Shown here piece after piece: positions 17,272-27,010 of a stretch of 37,554 nt of DNA. A program made the translations under genes and the position numbers. The notes beneath the pieces were generated by a model. That model was given only the letters and a program-made list of their open reading frames with translations, ran no database searches and was not told where the DNA came from. Positions within the stretch are counted from its first letter, which is position 1. Each line of letters begins with the position of its first letter. The stretch comes from a virus. The DNA lies in the IMG/VR virus record IMGVR_UViG_3300027903_000005; one strand, written 5' to 3'.

Positions 17272-19467
17272 ATGTCACTAGACCCACGATACATAACAGA
17301 TGGACCTTTAGAGGAGGGATTTCTTAGTAAGGATTCTGGCTTACCTCTTGCTGGTGGAACCGTGACCTTCTATAGGGATTCATCACGAATAACACTAAAG
17401 ACAGTTTACGAACTTACTGGAGCGCCTCCCAATTATTCTTACGTTCCTCTTCCTAATCCTATAACTTTAAGCTCAATTGGGGTCATCCAGAATGCGGGAG
17501 GAGACAATGTTGTCATATATTATTATCCTTGGCTTGCTGACGGCATCACTCCTGATCTCTACTATGTGGTTGTAAAAGATTCCAATGGAGTAGATCAATT
17601 TACACGCGAAGCATGGCCCAACTCTGCCGCAGGGGAATCTCCAGGAGCAGACACAAGCTTGCCGGTTCAAAACCAGATAAGCAATCCGCAGTTTACGCAG
17701 ATTCTTATAAATGATGTTCCAACGTTAACGCCTTCAACTACCACTTTTTCGGTATCGGCCGAAACAAAGGAATTTGAATTAGCGCCCGACTGGACATTTA
17801 TTATAAGCGGAACAGGGGATGTTACAGTTGAGAGATTGGCATTAGAAGGTCAATTAGCAGCACCAACTAACCCCCCTTATGCTTTAAGCGTATCCACGGG
17901 TTTAAATATAAATAAATGTTATTTAAGACAACGGTTTTATACTAACTCTGGGTTATGGACTAGCACCACCAGCGAACCGCTCTTTTTATCTGCATCTTTA
18001 GTTTTAAAGAATCTTATCAACGCTGCTACGACAATAGATATGTTCTACCAAGCCTCTAATGGTAGCGGGGCAACACCTTTAAATATATTGAGTAAACCTG
18101 TTTCTGCATTATCTGATTACACATCATATACAGGACCAGGTGTCGAGATACCAATTTCTACCGATGCTCTATCAGGAGACGCAGGCTATGTAGATATCTA
18201 TATATCATTTGGGCAAGCATCATCGGTTGCAGTTACGAGCATTCAAATCGTGCCTGTGGTAAACGTTACCTCAGTTCCGGTTATTTCTTATGACATTGCG
18301 AGCTCCAATAGAGCAGAAGCATTGATGGGGGACTACTATTTACCTAGGGTGACATCTTCGACAATACCAAGCCTTCTTACTGCCTGGGATTTTAAACTTA
18401 ACCCTGCGCAATTTGGGGCCGCTGGAGTAGCTGCAGGGCCTGTATCAACAACACCTCAATATATATGGGATCAAACTATATGCGCCACCTCATCAGGGAC
18501 AGCAGTAGTAAGTCGAAATGCAGTAACTGGGGGATTAGTTCTGGCTCCTGATACGGCTAATCAATCATTGTATATGATTCAATACCTAGGGTCTCCGCAG
18601 GCTAAGGAAGTGCTCTTTAGTCGACTAAGCTCAAATATATCAGCATATCTTGCAGCGGGCGGAAGCTCCGTAGTCGCAAGCGTGTATTTATATGTAGCTC
18701 CTGCAGCTACCGTAATACCTATATTGCCTTCATCTTTGGTAACCGTGGCAAGTAATGGCTCCTTGTCTGGCCTTGCGGCTGGATGGTCCATAATCCCAAG
18801 AAGTGGGTTAGATACTCCAAGGGCTGTCTTGTCTGCATCTTTTCCGACGGTAGATGAGGATATTAAGTTTACAGGATGGGAAGTCGTAGAAAGTGCCCAA
18901 TATAATGATTCTAATAAGTTTGCCATTGTTGTTGTGTTCTCATGGACCACAGCTCCGACAATTAATATTGATTCAATATCTTTAAACAAAGGCGATTTGC
19001 CAACACGACCGGCTCCTCAGACGGCATCGGATGTTCTTTCAGAATGCCAGTATTATTATGAGAATAGCTATAACTCTGGAGTTTATCCTGGGGCGGCATC
19101 AACACCAGGTTCATTGGTTACTCAGCAAGCAGTTATTTATAATGCTCCAAACTCCTTTACATGGACCAGGACATTTGGGCTACAGTTTAAAACTAAAAAA
19201 CGAACAAATTCAACTGTTAATATTTATTCTGTAAATGGAGCTATAAATACTGTTCAATTAAATACGTACGACGCTGGCGTTCAAATAGGAACACAACAGG
19301 GGACAATAACATTAGGATGGACGCAATTCTATAATGGAAATTCTGGGGTAGATTTTCAATCTATTTCTACAGTGGCTTTTGCAACGGCAGGAGCTGGCAC
19401 AAGTGAAACCAGAGAAGTCGTTATACAATATCATTATGTCGCTGACAGTAGGTTAGGAGTTGTGTAG
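17272..19467 (+). CDS. tail fibre / tail spike protein (731 aa)
   Basis: A large Ser/Thr/Ala/Gly-rich ORF directly after the ejection-protein block, with SD AAAGGGA. Confidence 0.6.
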   Translation: MSLDPRYITDGPLEEGFLSKDSGLPLAGGTVTFYRDSSRITLKTVYELTGAPPNYSYVPLPNPITLSSIGVIQNAGGDNVVIYYYPWLADGITPDLYYVVVKDSNGVDQFTREAWPNSAAGESPGADTSLPVQNQISNPQFTQILINDVPTLTPSTTTFSVSAETKEFELAPDWTFIISGTGDVTVERLALEGQLAAPTNPPYALSVSTGLNINKCYLRQRFYTNSGLWTSTTSEPLFLSASLVLKNLINAATTIDMFYQASNGSGATPLNILSKPVSALSDYTSYTGPGVEIPISTDALSGDAGYVDIYISFGQASSVAVTSIQIVPVVNVTSVPVISYDIASSNRAEALMGDYYLPRVTSSTIPSLLTAWDFKLNPAQFGAAGVAAGPVSTTPQYIWDQTICATSSGTAVVSRNAVTGGLVLAPDTANQSLYMIQYLGSPQAKEVLFSRLSSNISAYLAAGGSSVVASVYLYVAPAATVIPILPSSLVTVASNGSLSGLAAGWSIIPRSGLDTPRAVLSASFPTVDEDIKFTGWEVVESAQYNDSNKFAIVVVFSWTTAPTINIDSISLNKGDLPTRPAPQTASDVLSECQYYYENSYNSGVYPGAASTPGSLVTQQAVIYNAPNSFTWTRTFGLQFKTKKRTNSTVNIYSVNGAINTVQLNTYDAGVQIGTQQGTITLGWTQFYNGNSGVDFQSISTVAFATAGAGTSETREVVIQYHYVADSRLGVV

Positions 19468-19484
19468 CTTTATCCGCTAGGTTA

Positions 19485-19493
19485 TGGTATAAT
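19485..19493 (+). promoter_or_regulatory. extended -10 promoter element (TGGTATAAT) ahead of the HNH gene
   Basis: TGnTATAAT matches exactly at 19485-19493, 21 nt before the ATG. Confidence 0.4.
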
Positions 19494-19513
19494 CCTTTAT
19501 TTTAGGAAATATT

Positions 19514-20026
19514 ATGGCTAAATTTAGAGATACGAAAACTAAAAAATACATTTTTTGGAGGATGTCAGTTTTAGTAAGAGATAAGAGTGAATGCCAACAT
19601 TGCGGCTCTAAAGATAACTTGCAGGCACATCATATTGTCGAATGGGATGACGATATATCATTAAGATATGATGTTAGTAATGGATTAACGGTATGCGCTT
19701 CTTGCCATTTTAAAATACACCATACCGGTAGAGCGCCATGGAATACCGGGAAAAAAATGACTGACGCTCAAAGAAAAAAGTTGAGCGAGGCGCATATGGG
19801 GCAAATTCCTTGGAATAAAGGAATCCCGCAAACTGATGAGGTTAAAAAGAAATTAAGCCTGAAAAATAAAGGTAGAAAACTTGGGTCTATGTCGGAAGAG
19901 CGGAAACGTAAAATAGGCGAAGCCAATAAAGAAACATTAAGAAAAAATTCTGAATTTAGGAAAGGAAAAACCTGGATTAAATGCGCAGAAACTGGGAAAA
20001 GATTATGGATAGAAAAGGGATTATAG
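19514..20026 (+). CDS. free-standing HNH homing endonuclease with NUMOD3 repeats
   Basis: HNH core: CQHCGSKDNLQAHHIVEWDDDISLRYDVSNGLTVCASCHFKIHH. Three NUMOD3-like repeats follow: PWNTGKKMTDAQRKKLSEAHMG, PWNKGIPQTDEVKKKLSLKNKG and RKLGSMSEERKRKIGEANK. Confidence 0.9.
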   Translation: MAKFRDTKTKKYIFWRMSVLVRDKSECQHCGSKDNLQAHHIVEWDDDISLRYDVSNGLTVCASCHFKIHHTGRAPWNTGKKMTDAQRKKLSEAHMGQIPWNKGIPQTDEVKKKLSLKNKGRKLGSMSEERKRKIGEANKETLRKNSEFRKGKTWIKCAETGKRLWIEKGL

Positions 20027-20058
20027 CTTAACAATATTAATTAAAGGGATTTTAAAAA

Positions 20059-20415
20059 ATGGCAACACCATACATAGCACAACAAACAGTAACAGATTTT
20101 GGCCTTCGGTTTGCCGATTTAAAATATAGCGCCAAACTTGCAATTACGACTGATACATCTCTGACAATACCAGGGAATGCACCACGCTATAAAGCGGTCA
20201 TAAAATGCGTCACCGCAGGGGAAGTGTGGGTAGCAGCTAATGCAACTGCTGCTGCAACTGCAGGAACAACTTTTGCTGCATCTACATCCGAGATGATTAC
20301 TGGGAATTACCCAATTTGCAGGGAAGTGAAAGCGGGAGATGTGCTTCATTTCTTCAGTACAACAGCAACCACAGATGTAAGTGTTATACTATATGCATTA
20401 GGGACAAATAATTAA
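20059..20415 (+). CDS. hypothetical protein (118 aa), likely virion-associated
   Basis: SD AAAGGGA. The composition is Ala/Thr-rich and beta-like. It sits at the head of the fibre array. Confidence 0.6.
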   Translation: MATPYIAQQTVTDFGLRFADLKYSAKLAITTDTSLTIPGNAPRYKAVIKCVTAGEVWVAANATAAATAGTTFAASTSEMITGNYPICREVKAGDVLHFFSTTATTDVSVILYALGTNN

Positions 20416-20430
20416 GAATAGGAGGCCAGG

Positions 20431-20871
20431 ATGGCTAATATTAAATTCAGTCAGTTTACTCCTGGTGGAAACGTTCAATCAGGCGATATAGTTGTTGGGC
20501 TTAGGTCAGGTGATAACGCGCAATTTACCCTAGCTGGTGGTGGAGGCCTTTTTTGGTCTGTCATTCCTGGTTCTTCCCAAACTGCAATAGTCAATACGGG
20601 ACTTATACCTCAAAGCGGAGGCCTGACTACCATTACACTACCATCTACGGCTCCTATTGGCTCTGTAATCTCAATACAAGGAGAAGGCTCAGGAGGATGG
20701 GTAGTAGATGCACCCGGAACTCAGATAATAAGGATAGGAGCTTCTGCAAGTTCAGCAGGAGGATCTATAGCTTCAAGCAATAGATATGATGCTATAACCT
20801 TGATATGTATCGTAGCAGACACCGAATGGGCCATGTACGGTCCCGTTTCCTCAGGATTTGTAATTACTTAA
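20431..20871 (+). CDS. tail-fibre paralog A: short N-terminus plus a diverged X-type C-terminal domain
   Basis: SD GGAGG. WSVIPGSSQTAIVNTGLIPQSGGLTTITLPSTAPIGSVISIQGEGSGGWVV...ITLICIVADTEW aligns with the C-termini of 20884..21870 and 25350..26534. Confidence 0.7.
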   Translation: MANIKFSQFTPGGNVQSGDIVVGLRSGDNAQFTLAGGGGLFWSVIPGSSQTAIVNTGLIPQSGGLTTITLPSTAPIGSVISIQGEGSGGWVVDAPGTQIIRIGASASSAGGSIASSNRYDAITLICIVADTEWAMYGPVSSGFVIT

Positions 20872-20883
20872 AAGGATTTTAAG

Positions 20884-21870
20884 ATGACAACTAATAACAG
20901 TTTAAATAATGCCACCGTTCCATTAACTCCAGGTTTTGGAGGAACAGGCGTAGCAAACACGGGAACAATAACTGTAGGTGGGAATACTGCTTTTTCAGGT
21001 GCTCATACTTTTACAGGAACAATTACTGGTGATACAGCTGTAACATTTCCCACTTCTGGTACTTTGGCTACAACAGCTGGCGCTTCAGGAATAGTTAATA
21101 GTGGAACTGGAAATCAAATTACATATTACGCAACAACCGGAACTACTGTTTCTGGTTTAACTGGGGCTAATGGTTCGGTGTTGGTAACAAGTAATACTGG
21201 TGTGCCTTCTATGTTAGCCAATCCTTCAGCTGATGGTCGACATTTAACGTCTGCTAATGCTGCAATTCCTTTGTGGTCAACATCAAGTTACGCCGATACG
21301 TACGGGGTTTCTACTATTTTATATGCCAGCTCTGCTAATACCGTCACAGGTTTGGCAACGACAAACAGAGCTTCATTGTCAACTAATGCAACGGGTGTGC
21401 CAACATGGCTTGCTTTAACAGATGGTCAGGTTGTCATAGGAAGTAGTGCTGGAGCTCCCGCTGCAGCTTCTTTATCTGCTGGAACAGGGATTAGTATTAC
21501 ACCGGGATCAAATAGCATATCAATTGCGGCAACTGGAGCAGCAGGGATATCATGGGCTAATATTTCTGGGACTACACAGGCTGCAGCTGTTAATACGGGA
21601 TATGTGGTTGGCAATGCATCTCAGACAACTATTACACTACCGGCCACAGCAGCGCTAGGATCTGTAATAACAGTTCAAGGTAAAGGCGCAGCTGGATGGA
21701 TTTTGGCAGCAAATACAGGACAAACTATTCAAGTTGGACAGACTGCTTCAAGTACAGCAGGTTCAGTTACATCTGCAGCAGCTTTTGATTCGATTCAAGT
21801 TGTCTGTATTACGGCCAATACTAGTTGGGCCACGATTAGCGTTTTAAGTAGTGGTGTAACCGTAGCATAA
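20884..21870 (+). CDS. tail-fibre paralog B: NT-rich N-terminal motif, Gly/Thr repeats, X-type C-terminal domain
   Basis: N-terminus: MTTNNSLNNATVPLTPGFGGTG. C-terminus: SWANISGTTQAAAVNTGYVVGNASQTTITLPATAALGSVITVQGKGAAGWIL...IQVVCITANTSW. Confidence 0.75.
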   Translation: MTTNNSLNNATVPLTPGFGGTGVANTGTITVGGNTAFSGAHTFTGTITGDTAVTFPTSGTLATTAGASGIVNSGTGNQITYYATTGTTVSGLTGANGSVLVTSNTGVPSMLANPSADGRHLTSANAAIPLWSTSSYADTYGVSTILYASSANTVTGLATTNRASLSTNATGVPTWLALTDGQVVIGSSAGAPAAASLSAGTGISITPGSNSISIAATGAAGISWANISGTTQAAAVNTGYVVGNASQTTITLPATAALGSVITVQGKGAAGWILAANTGQTIQVGQTASSTAGSVTSAAAFDSIQVVCITANTSWATISVLSSGVTVA

Positions 21871-21880
21871 AGGAATAAAT

Positions 21881-22549
21881 ATGGCCATAACAACTCAATT
21901 AAATACAGGAACTACCCCTTTAACGGTTGCTGAGGGTGGAAGTGGTGTATCAACACATACAACCGCGTACGCTCCATTAGCAGCCGGAACAACGGCTACG
22001 GGAGCTACACAAGTATGTTCTACAGGGCTTTCTACTTCAGGATTTGTGCTGACATCAACTGGAGCAAGTAGTCTCCCATCTTTCCAAGCTCCAACAGGAC
22101 CTACAGGAAGCCCAATATTAGTAAGCGTTCCTTTAACGTTGGCTCAATTTTTAGCTCTAAAGAATACACCAATACAAATTATAGCAGCGCAAGGAGCCCA
22201 TACTCTTGTTGTGCCAATCAGCATAGTTGTTGAACTTGTGATGGCTGGAGTTGCATTTTCTAATTTAGGAATAACAGGACTTCAATATGGAAGCACAACT
22301 AATTTTGCTGGACAGCGTATAGCAGAAATTCCAGCCGCAAATATTCAAACTGTCACAGTAGATACAATATTAAATGTGCCAATTCAATACAGTGCCAGCA
22401 CATTATATCCTACAATGGTAGTTTATACGGGTTCAACGTCTATAAATGCAGCTGTATATATGAGTAGCACATCAACTACGCCACTTGGTGGGACTGGAGC
22501 AACAGTCAATGTAAATGTAGTATATTCAGTTATTACAACAAGCGCATAA
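21881..22549 (+). CDS. tail-fibre paralog C: N-terminal motif, Y module, Z-type C-terminal domain
   Basis: N-terminus: MAITTQLNTGTTPLTVAEGGSGV. Y module: TTAYAPLAAGTTATGATQVCSTGLSTSGFVLTSTGASSLPSFQA. Z domain: PIQIIAAQGAHTLVV...LQYGST...VVYSVITTSA. Confidence 0.75.
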   Translation: MAITTQLNTGTTPLTVAEGGSGVSTHTTAYAPLAAGTTATGATQVCSTGLSTSGFVLTSTGASSLPSFQAPTGPTGSPILVSVPLTLAQFLALKNTPIQIIAAQGAHTLVVPISIVVELVMAGVAFSNLGITGLQYGSTTNFAGQRIAEIPAANIQTVTVDTILNVPIQYSASTLYPTMVVYTGSTSINAAVYMSSTSTTPLGGTGATVNVNVVYSVITTSA

Positions 22550-22571
22550 AACATATAAAAGGATTTAATAA

Positions 22572-23927
22572 ATGCCCGTTTTAAATTATCAAGTTAACGC
22601 ACCAGGTTATGGCGGAATAAATCCTAAATTAGTTTATATTTTTACTAATGATCCAATTGCAGTTGTTACAACAACAAATTATATAGATTGGTTAGCTAAC
22701 CCTAATGGAATATATGCTGGAGATGTTGCATTAATTGTTACCCAAGAAACGCCAACATCAAATCTTGGGGTTGGTTTTTATGAATTTGAAAGAGTTGGAA
22801 CGACAAATCATTGGAATTTAATTCCTATAACTAATAGTCCAGTTTCTGTTAATTCAGTAACAGGGACTATTAATGAAATAATTGCCACTCCTACTATGGG
22901 TGATGTTATTGTATCCATTTATCCTAATCCTCAAATTCCAGGAATTGCATCTATAGGTCTTCCTCATGGAACTACAGCACAACGAGCTGGAATTATAGGA
23001 AGTATTAGATTTAATACTGACACAGGCCTTTTTGAGGGAACACCAGATGGAACAACGTGGATTGCATTTGCTTCTGGAAGTTCAGGTGTCAATAGTATAA
23101 CAGGAACCACAAACCAGATTGTTGTTTCATCTCCAACTGGAAATGTTAATATATCAATTGATCCTGATCCAATCTTGCCTGGAAATGCAGCGGTTACTAT
23201 CCCATCTGGAACAACTGGTCAAAGGGGCAATATTGCTGGGTCTCTTCGTCTTAATACGACAACTGGTTTTATAGAACTGACAAATGATGGTACAAATTGG
23301 TACACCATTCTTAATACTAATAATGGTGTTTCAAGTATAGCCGGAACAGCCAACAGAATCACAGTAACAGGAACAACAAATGCAGTAGTTGATATAGCAG
23401 CAACATACATTGGTCAAACAAGTATTACTACATTAGGAACGGTAACTACAGGGACTTGGCATGGAAGCACAGTAACAGTTCCATTTGGTGGTACGGGAGA
23501 TGCTAGTTTTTCTGCCTTTGCTCCAGTTTGTGGAGGGGTAACAACAACTTCTGCATTACAATCTGCCACTACAGGAATTGCTACTGCTGGATTTGTTTTA
23601 ACATCTAATGGAAGTGCAGCTCTTCCTAGTTTTCAGGCAGCTCCAGGAGCCGGAAGAAGTGCAGTATTTCTAGCTGCTGTTACAGGAGATGGAACTACAT
23701 TATTTTCGTCTTTTAATGTTTCCAGTATTATAGATGTAGGAACTGGAAATTTAACAGTTAATCTTACATCAGGAACCGCAACATTTCCATTTATAAGTAT
23801 TATTGGTATAGCAAATGGATATTTTGGAACAATAGGAACAAATTCTGGATCATCTGTTAATTTTCATTGTTCTCAAGGTGCCAGTAATTTTAATGACGCT
23901 GGAATTTACTATGTTGGAGCATTTTAA
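22572..23927 (+). CDS. tail-fibre paralog D: W-type N-terminal domain, about 76-aa tandem repeats, Y module, unique C-terminal domain
   Basis: W domain: MPVLNYQVNAPGYGGINPKLVYIF. The repeats start VNSVTGTINEII... and VNSITGTTNQIV..., each with a P.GTT.QRG.I.GS.R.NT.TG motif. Y module: FAPVCGGVTTTSALQSATTGIATAGFVLTSNGSAALPSFQA. Confidence 0.75.
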   Translation: MPVLNYQVNAPGYGGINPKLVYIFTNDPIAVVTTTNYIDWLANPNGIYAGDVALIVTQETPTSNLGVGFYEFERVGTTNHWNLIPITNSPVSVNSVTGTINEIIATPTMGDVIVSIYPNPQIPGIASIGLPHGTTAQRAGIIGSIRFNTDTGLFEGTPDGTTWIAFASGSSGVNSITGTTNQIVVSSPTGNVNISIDPDPILPGNAAVTIPSGTTGQRGNIAGSLRLNTTTGFIELTNDGTNWYTILNTNNGVSSIAGTANRITVTGTTNAVVDIAATYIGQTSITTLGTVTTGTWHGSTVTVPFGGTGDASFSAFAPVCGGVTTTSALQSATTGIATAGFVLTSNGSAALPSFQAAPGAGRSAVFLAAVTGDGTTLFSSFNVSSIIDVGTGNLTVNLTSGTATFPFISIIGIANGYFGTIGTNSGSSVNFHCSQGASNFNDAGIYYVGAF

Positions 23928-23930
23928 TGT

Positions 23931-24146
23931 ATGAAATATTTAATTAAAAATAAAGATGGTTCTGTTCATATAATGACTACTATTTCAGATGAGACAAGAT
24001 GTGAAGATGAGATATTAAAATTATCTCCTAAAGATCGAGATAATGTACATTCTCACAGAGTTATAGAAGAACATGAAATACCAGAAGACAGATCTAAAAG
24101 GCATCTTTGGTGTCATTTAGATGACAAAATAATTATTAAAGATTAA
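23931..24146 (+). CDS. hypothetical protein (71 aa) in an AT-rich islet
   Basis: An ORF 3 nt after the fibre D stop. Its composition is much more AT-rich than the flanks. Confidence 0.5.
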   Translation: MKYLIKNKDGSVHIMTTISDETRCEDEILKLSPKDRDNVHSHRVIEEHEIPEDRSKRHLWCHLDDKIIIKD

Positions 24147-24169
24147 TAGATATATTATAAAAATATAAT

Positions 24170-24418
24170 ATGAAATTGACAAAAATATTCATGGCTCCAA
24201 TAAGCATTGTTGTAACAGGGACTATAATATGTTTATGGGCATCAATAATAGTATATTCAAAAATATTTAATAAAGATGAAACTTTGATTGAAAAGAAAAT
24301 GGAAGAAATTGTAGAGAAAAATATAGAGAACGTTCTGAGTCTTCCTTCAGGTTCTTTACAAGGGAAATTAGATTTTATGGTTCAACCTATAGAGCCTGAA
24401 GAAAATAAAAATAATTAA
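24170..24418 (+). CDS. small membrane protein (82 aa, one N-terminal TM segment)
   Basis: Hydrophobic span: FMAPISIVVTGTIICLWASIIVY. The C-terminal half is acidic. There is no clear SD. Confidence 0.5.
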   Translation: MKLTKIFMAPISIVVTGTIICLWASIIVYSKIFNKDETLIEKKMEEIVEKNIENVLSLPSGSLQGKLDFMVQPIEPEENKNN

Positions 24419-24433
24419 TATAAGGAGATTCAA

Positions 24434-25339
24434 ATGACAATTATAAGTTTTACAGTGAACGAACCAGGTCAAGCCGGTGTTTTTCCAAGCATGATGAGAA
24501 TCCAAACCAATAACACATTAGCTCAAGTTTTAGTAACTGGATTTTTAGATGAAATGTTTGCAGAAAATGTTCCATTACAAAATGGAATGATGGCTCTTGT
24601 TTCTACTAAACCATCTCAAAATTCTTCAGTGGTAAATACCAGCTGGCTTGAGGTTAAGTTTGCCTCTGGTCATTGGACTTTAACTCCTACAGCCGTTGCT
24701 CCAGGATCAATTACACTTCCAACTATTACAAATCATATGGCTGTTTTTACAGATACAGTTGGAACACTTGCAGATGATACAAGCGTGGCGATTAATGGTG
24801 GAAATATTCAAGCTGGACTTTCAGGTACAGCTGGTTATTTAGCTTCATTCCCTGCAACTTCAGCAAAAGGCTCATTGAGATTGACTGCTGTTGCAAATAC
24901 TGGAGATACCTTAGTTACATTATCTAATGTTGCACATGGTCAGGCTACTGTTTATAGCATTCCTGATGCTGGAAATGCGTTAGGTCGTGTATTAGTTGGC
25001 GCTACTGCAACACCGTTTACTACAGGACATATTTTAGCGTCCTCAGGGACTGGTGGCCTTGTTGTTGATTCTGCAATACCTACAACTTCAGTTCAGTTAA
25101 AGACTAATATCAAAGCAGTAACAACAGCTAATATTGGCGGAGCTGGCGCTGGACCTTTAACAGTTACTCAGGCAGCCTGTACATCTAGTAGTGTTATTAT
25201 TTGCCAAGTACAGTCTTCAAGTAACCCTTGTTATGTAATTACCGTTGTTCCAGGAACAGGAAGTTTTACAGTAACTACGAATACGGATCCGGGTGCTTCA
25301 TTGATATTAAGTTATGTTTTATTTGTAGCAGCTCAATAG
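24434..25339 (+). CDS. tail-fibre paralog E: W-type N-terminal domain plus a unique C-terminal part
   Basis: SD AAGGAG. MTIISFTVNEPGQAGVFPSMMRIQTNNTLAQVLVTGFLD...GHWTLTP is parallel to the N-termini of 22572 and 25350. Confidence 0.75.
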   Translation: MTIISFTVNEPGQAGVFPSMMRIQTNNTLAQVLVTGFLDEMFAENVPLQNGMMALVSTKPSQNSSVVNTSWLEVKFASGHWTLTPTAVAPGSITLPTITNHMAVFTDTVGTLADDTSVAINGGNIQAGLSGTAGYLASFPATSAKGSLRLTAVANTGDTLVTLSNVAHGQATVYSIPDAGNALGRVLVGATATPFTTGHILASSGTGGLVVDSAIPTTSVQLKTNIKAVTTANIGGAGAGPLTVTQAACTSSSVIICQVQSSSNPCYVITVVPGTGSFTVTTNTDPGASLILSYVLFVAAQ

Positions 25340-25349
25340 GGAGATTAAG

Positions 25350-26534
25350 ATGCCAATTATAAGTTCTAATTTCAACCAGATTGGAAATTCAGGACAACAA
25401 CCTGGAACATGCTTCATTGAAACTGATGATAGTTTGACAACTATTCAAACAACAGGATATTTAAATACATTAGAACGTCAAGGATTGCCATTAAGTGAAA
25501 ACCTAATGGCATTGGTTGGCATTAATAAAGGTGCTGCAAAATCTACTGTTTGGATGGCAATTCATTTTTCAAATGGAGAATGGAGCTTGGTGCCTAGCGC
25601 TATAGAGCCATCATTAAATGCAAAATATCTTATTCAACAACCCAATGCTACATTGCCAAATGCACAAGCGATGTCTGCATTGGCTACAGGTATTGTAAAA
25701 AACACTACAACAACTGGTGTACAGTCTATAGCGATAGCCAATGTTGATTATCAGCCTGCATTAAGCGGTGAATCCTTAACGGCGGTCACAGTAGCTACTG
25801 ATGACAAAATATTAATTCAAGATACAAGCGATTCTAATAATTTAAAGACAGTTACAACTCAAAGTGTTGCTAATCTATTTGCTGGTGTTACAAGTGTTTC
25901 TGGAACCACAAATAGAATAACCTCCACTGGGGGAACAACTCCTGTTATAGATATTTCAGCAAGTTATGTAGGACAAAGTAGCATAACTACTGTTGGAACC
26001 GTTTCTAGCGGAACTTGGAACGGTACTACTGTAGATGTTTCTCACGGCGGCACAGGTGTAGCTACTATGACTACAGCTTACGCTCCGATTTGTGCGGGAA
26101 CAACAGCAACGGGAGCATTGCAGGTTGCATCTACAGGACAAAGCACATCTGGCTTTGTTCTTACTTCCACCGGAGCAAGCAGTTTGCCCACCTGGCAGGC
26201 AGCAGGCGGTGGGGGCATGTCGTGGGCAAATATATCTGGAACTACTCAATCAGCAGCTGTTAATACAGGATATGTTATCGGTAACGCGAGCCAAACGACA
26301 GTTACACTTCCTACTACTGCAGCATTAGGTTCTGTTGTGGCAATTCAGGGTCAAGGGGCAGCAGGTTGGGTTTTGGCACCAGGCGCCGGACAGACAATAA
26401 AAGTAGGCGGTTCTTCAGCAAGCACCTCAATAACTTCTGCTGCACAATATGACACTATACAAGTAGTTTGTATTGTTGCTAATACAACCTGGTCTACCTC
26501 TTATGTTCTTAGTGCTGGCGTAACAATAGTATAG
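25350..26534 (+). CDS. tail-fibre paralog F: W domain, shaft, Y module, X-type C-terminal domain
   Basis: W domain: MPIISSNFNQIGNSGQQPGTCFIETDDSLTTIQTTGYLN...GEWSLVP. Y module: TTAYAPICAGTTATGALQVASTGQSTSGFVLTSTGASSLPTWQA. X domain: SWANISGTTQSAAVNTGYVIGNASQTTVTLPTTAALGSVVAIQGQGAAGWVL. Confidence 0.75.
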   Translation: MPIISSNFNQIGNSGQQPGTCFIETDDSLTTIQTTGYLNTLERQGLPLSENLMALVGINKGAAKSTVWMAIHFSNGEWSLVPSAIEPSLNAKYLIQQPNATLPNAQAMSALATGIVKNTTTTGVQSIAIANVDYQPALSGESLTAVTVATDDKILIQDTSDSNNLKTVTTQSVANLFAGVTSVSGTTNRITSTGGTTPVIDISASYVGQSSITTVGTVSSGTWNGTTVDVSHGGTGVATMTTAYAPICAGTTATGALQVASTGQSTSGFVLTSTGASSLPTWQAAGGGGMSWANISGTTQSAAVNTGYVIGNASQTTVTLPTTAALGSVVAIQGQGAAGWVLAPGAGQTIKVGGSSASTSITSAAQYDTIQVVCIVANTTWSTSYVLSAGVTIV

Positions 26535-26542
26535 AGGGAAAT

Positions 26543-26998
26543 ATGACTGTTAACACACAATTAGATACGGCAAGAGTTCCATTTCCTATATTTAAAAATG
26601 TAGTTGATATATCTTCTGCAAGTATATTAACAATGTATACGACGCCCGTATTAATTATACCGGCGCAAGGTGCTCACAAGGTGATTTCAATACATGATGT
26701 TTTCTTTGAATATCATTTCAATAGTATTCAATATGCAAACGGAAGTGGTATGCAATTGCAATATGGAAATACTGGATCGGGAGGAGGAACAGAAGTTGTA
26801 GTTAGTGCTAATATCAATGTTAACTCAGCTAGTAGCAATATTGGAACTGTCCCTGCAACTCCTTATACTTTAGTTGGGGTTACATCGGACATGGTAAATC
26901 AAGGTATATACGCAACTACTACTATTAATAATTATACATCTGGAAACGGAACAATTAGAGTTAGTATTTTCTATACTGTTGTAACAACTACTGCTTAA
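26543..26998 (+). CDS. stand-alone Z-domain protein G (151 aa)
   Basis: MTVNTQLDTARVP...TPVLIIPAQGAHKVISIHDVFFEY...LQYGNTGSG...VSIFYTVVTTTA. Confidence 0.7.
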   Translation: MTVNTQLDTARVPFPIFKNVVDISSASILTMYTTPVLIIPAQGAHKVISIHDVFFEYHFNSIQYANGSGMQLQYGNTGSGGGTEVVVSANINVNSASSNIGTVPATPYTLVGVTSDMVNQGIYATTTINNYTSGNGTIRVSIFYTVVTTTA

Positions 26999-27010
26999 AA
27001 AGGGATAAAA

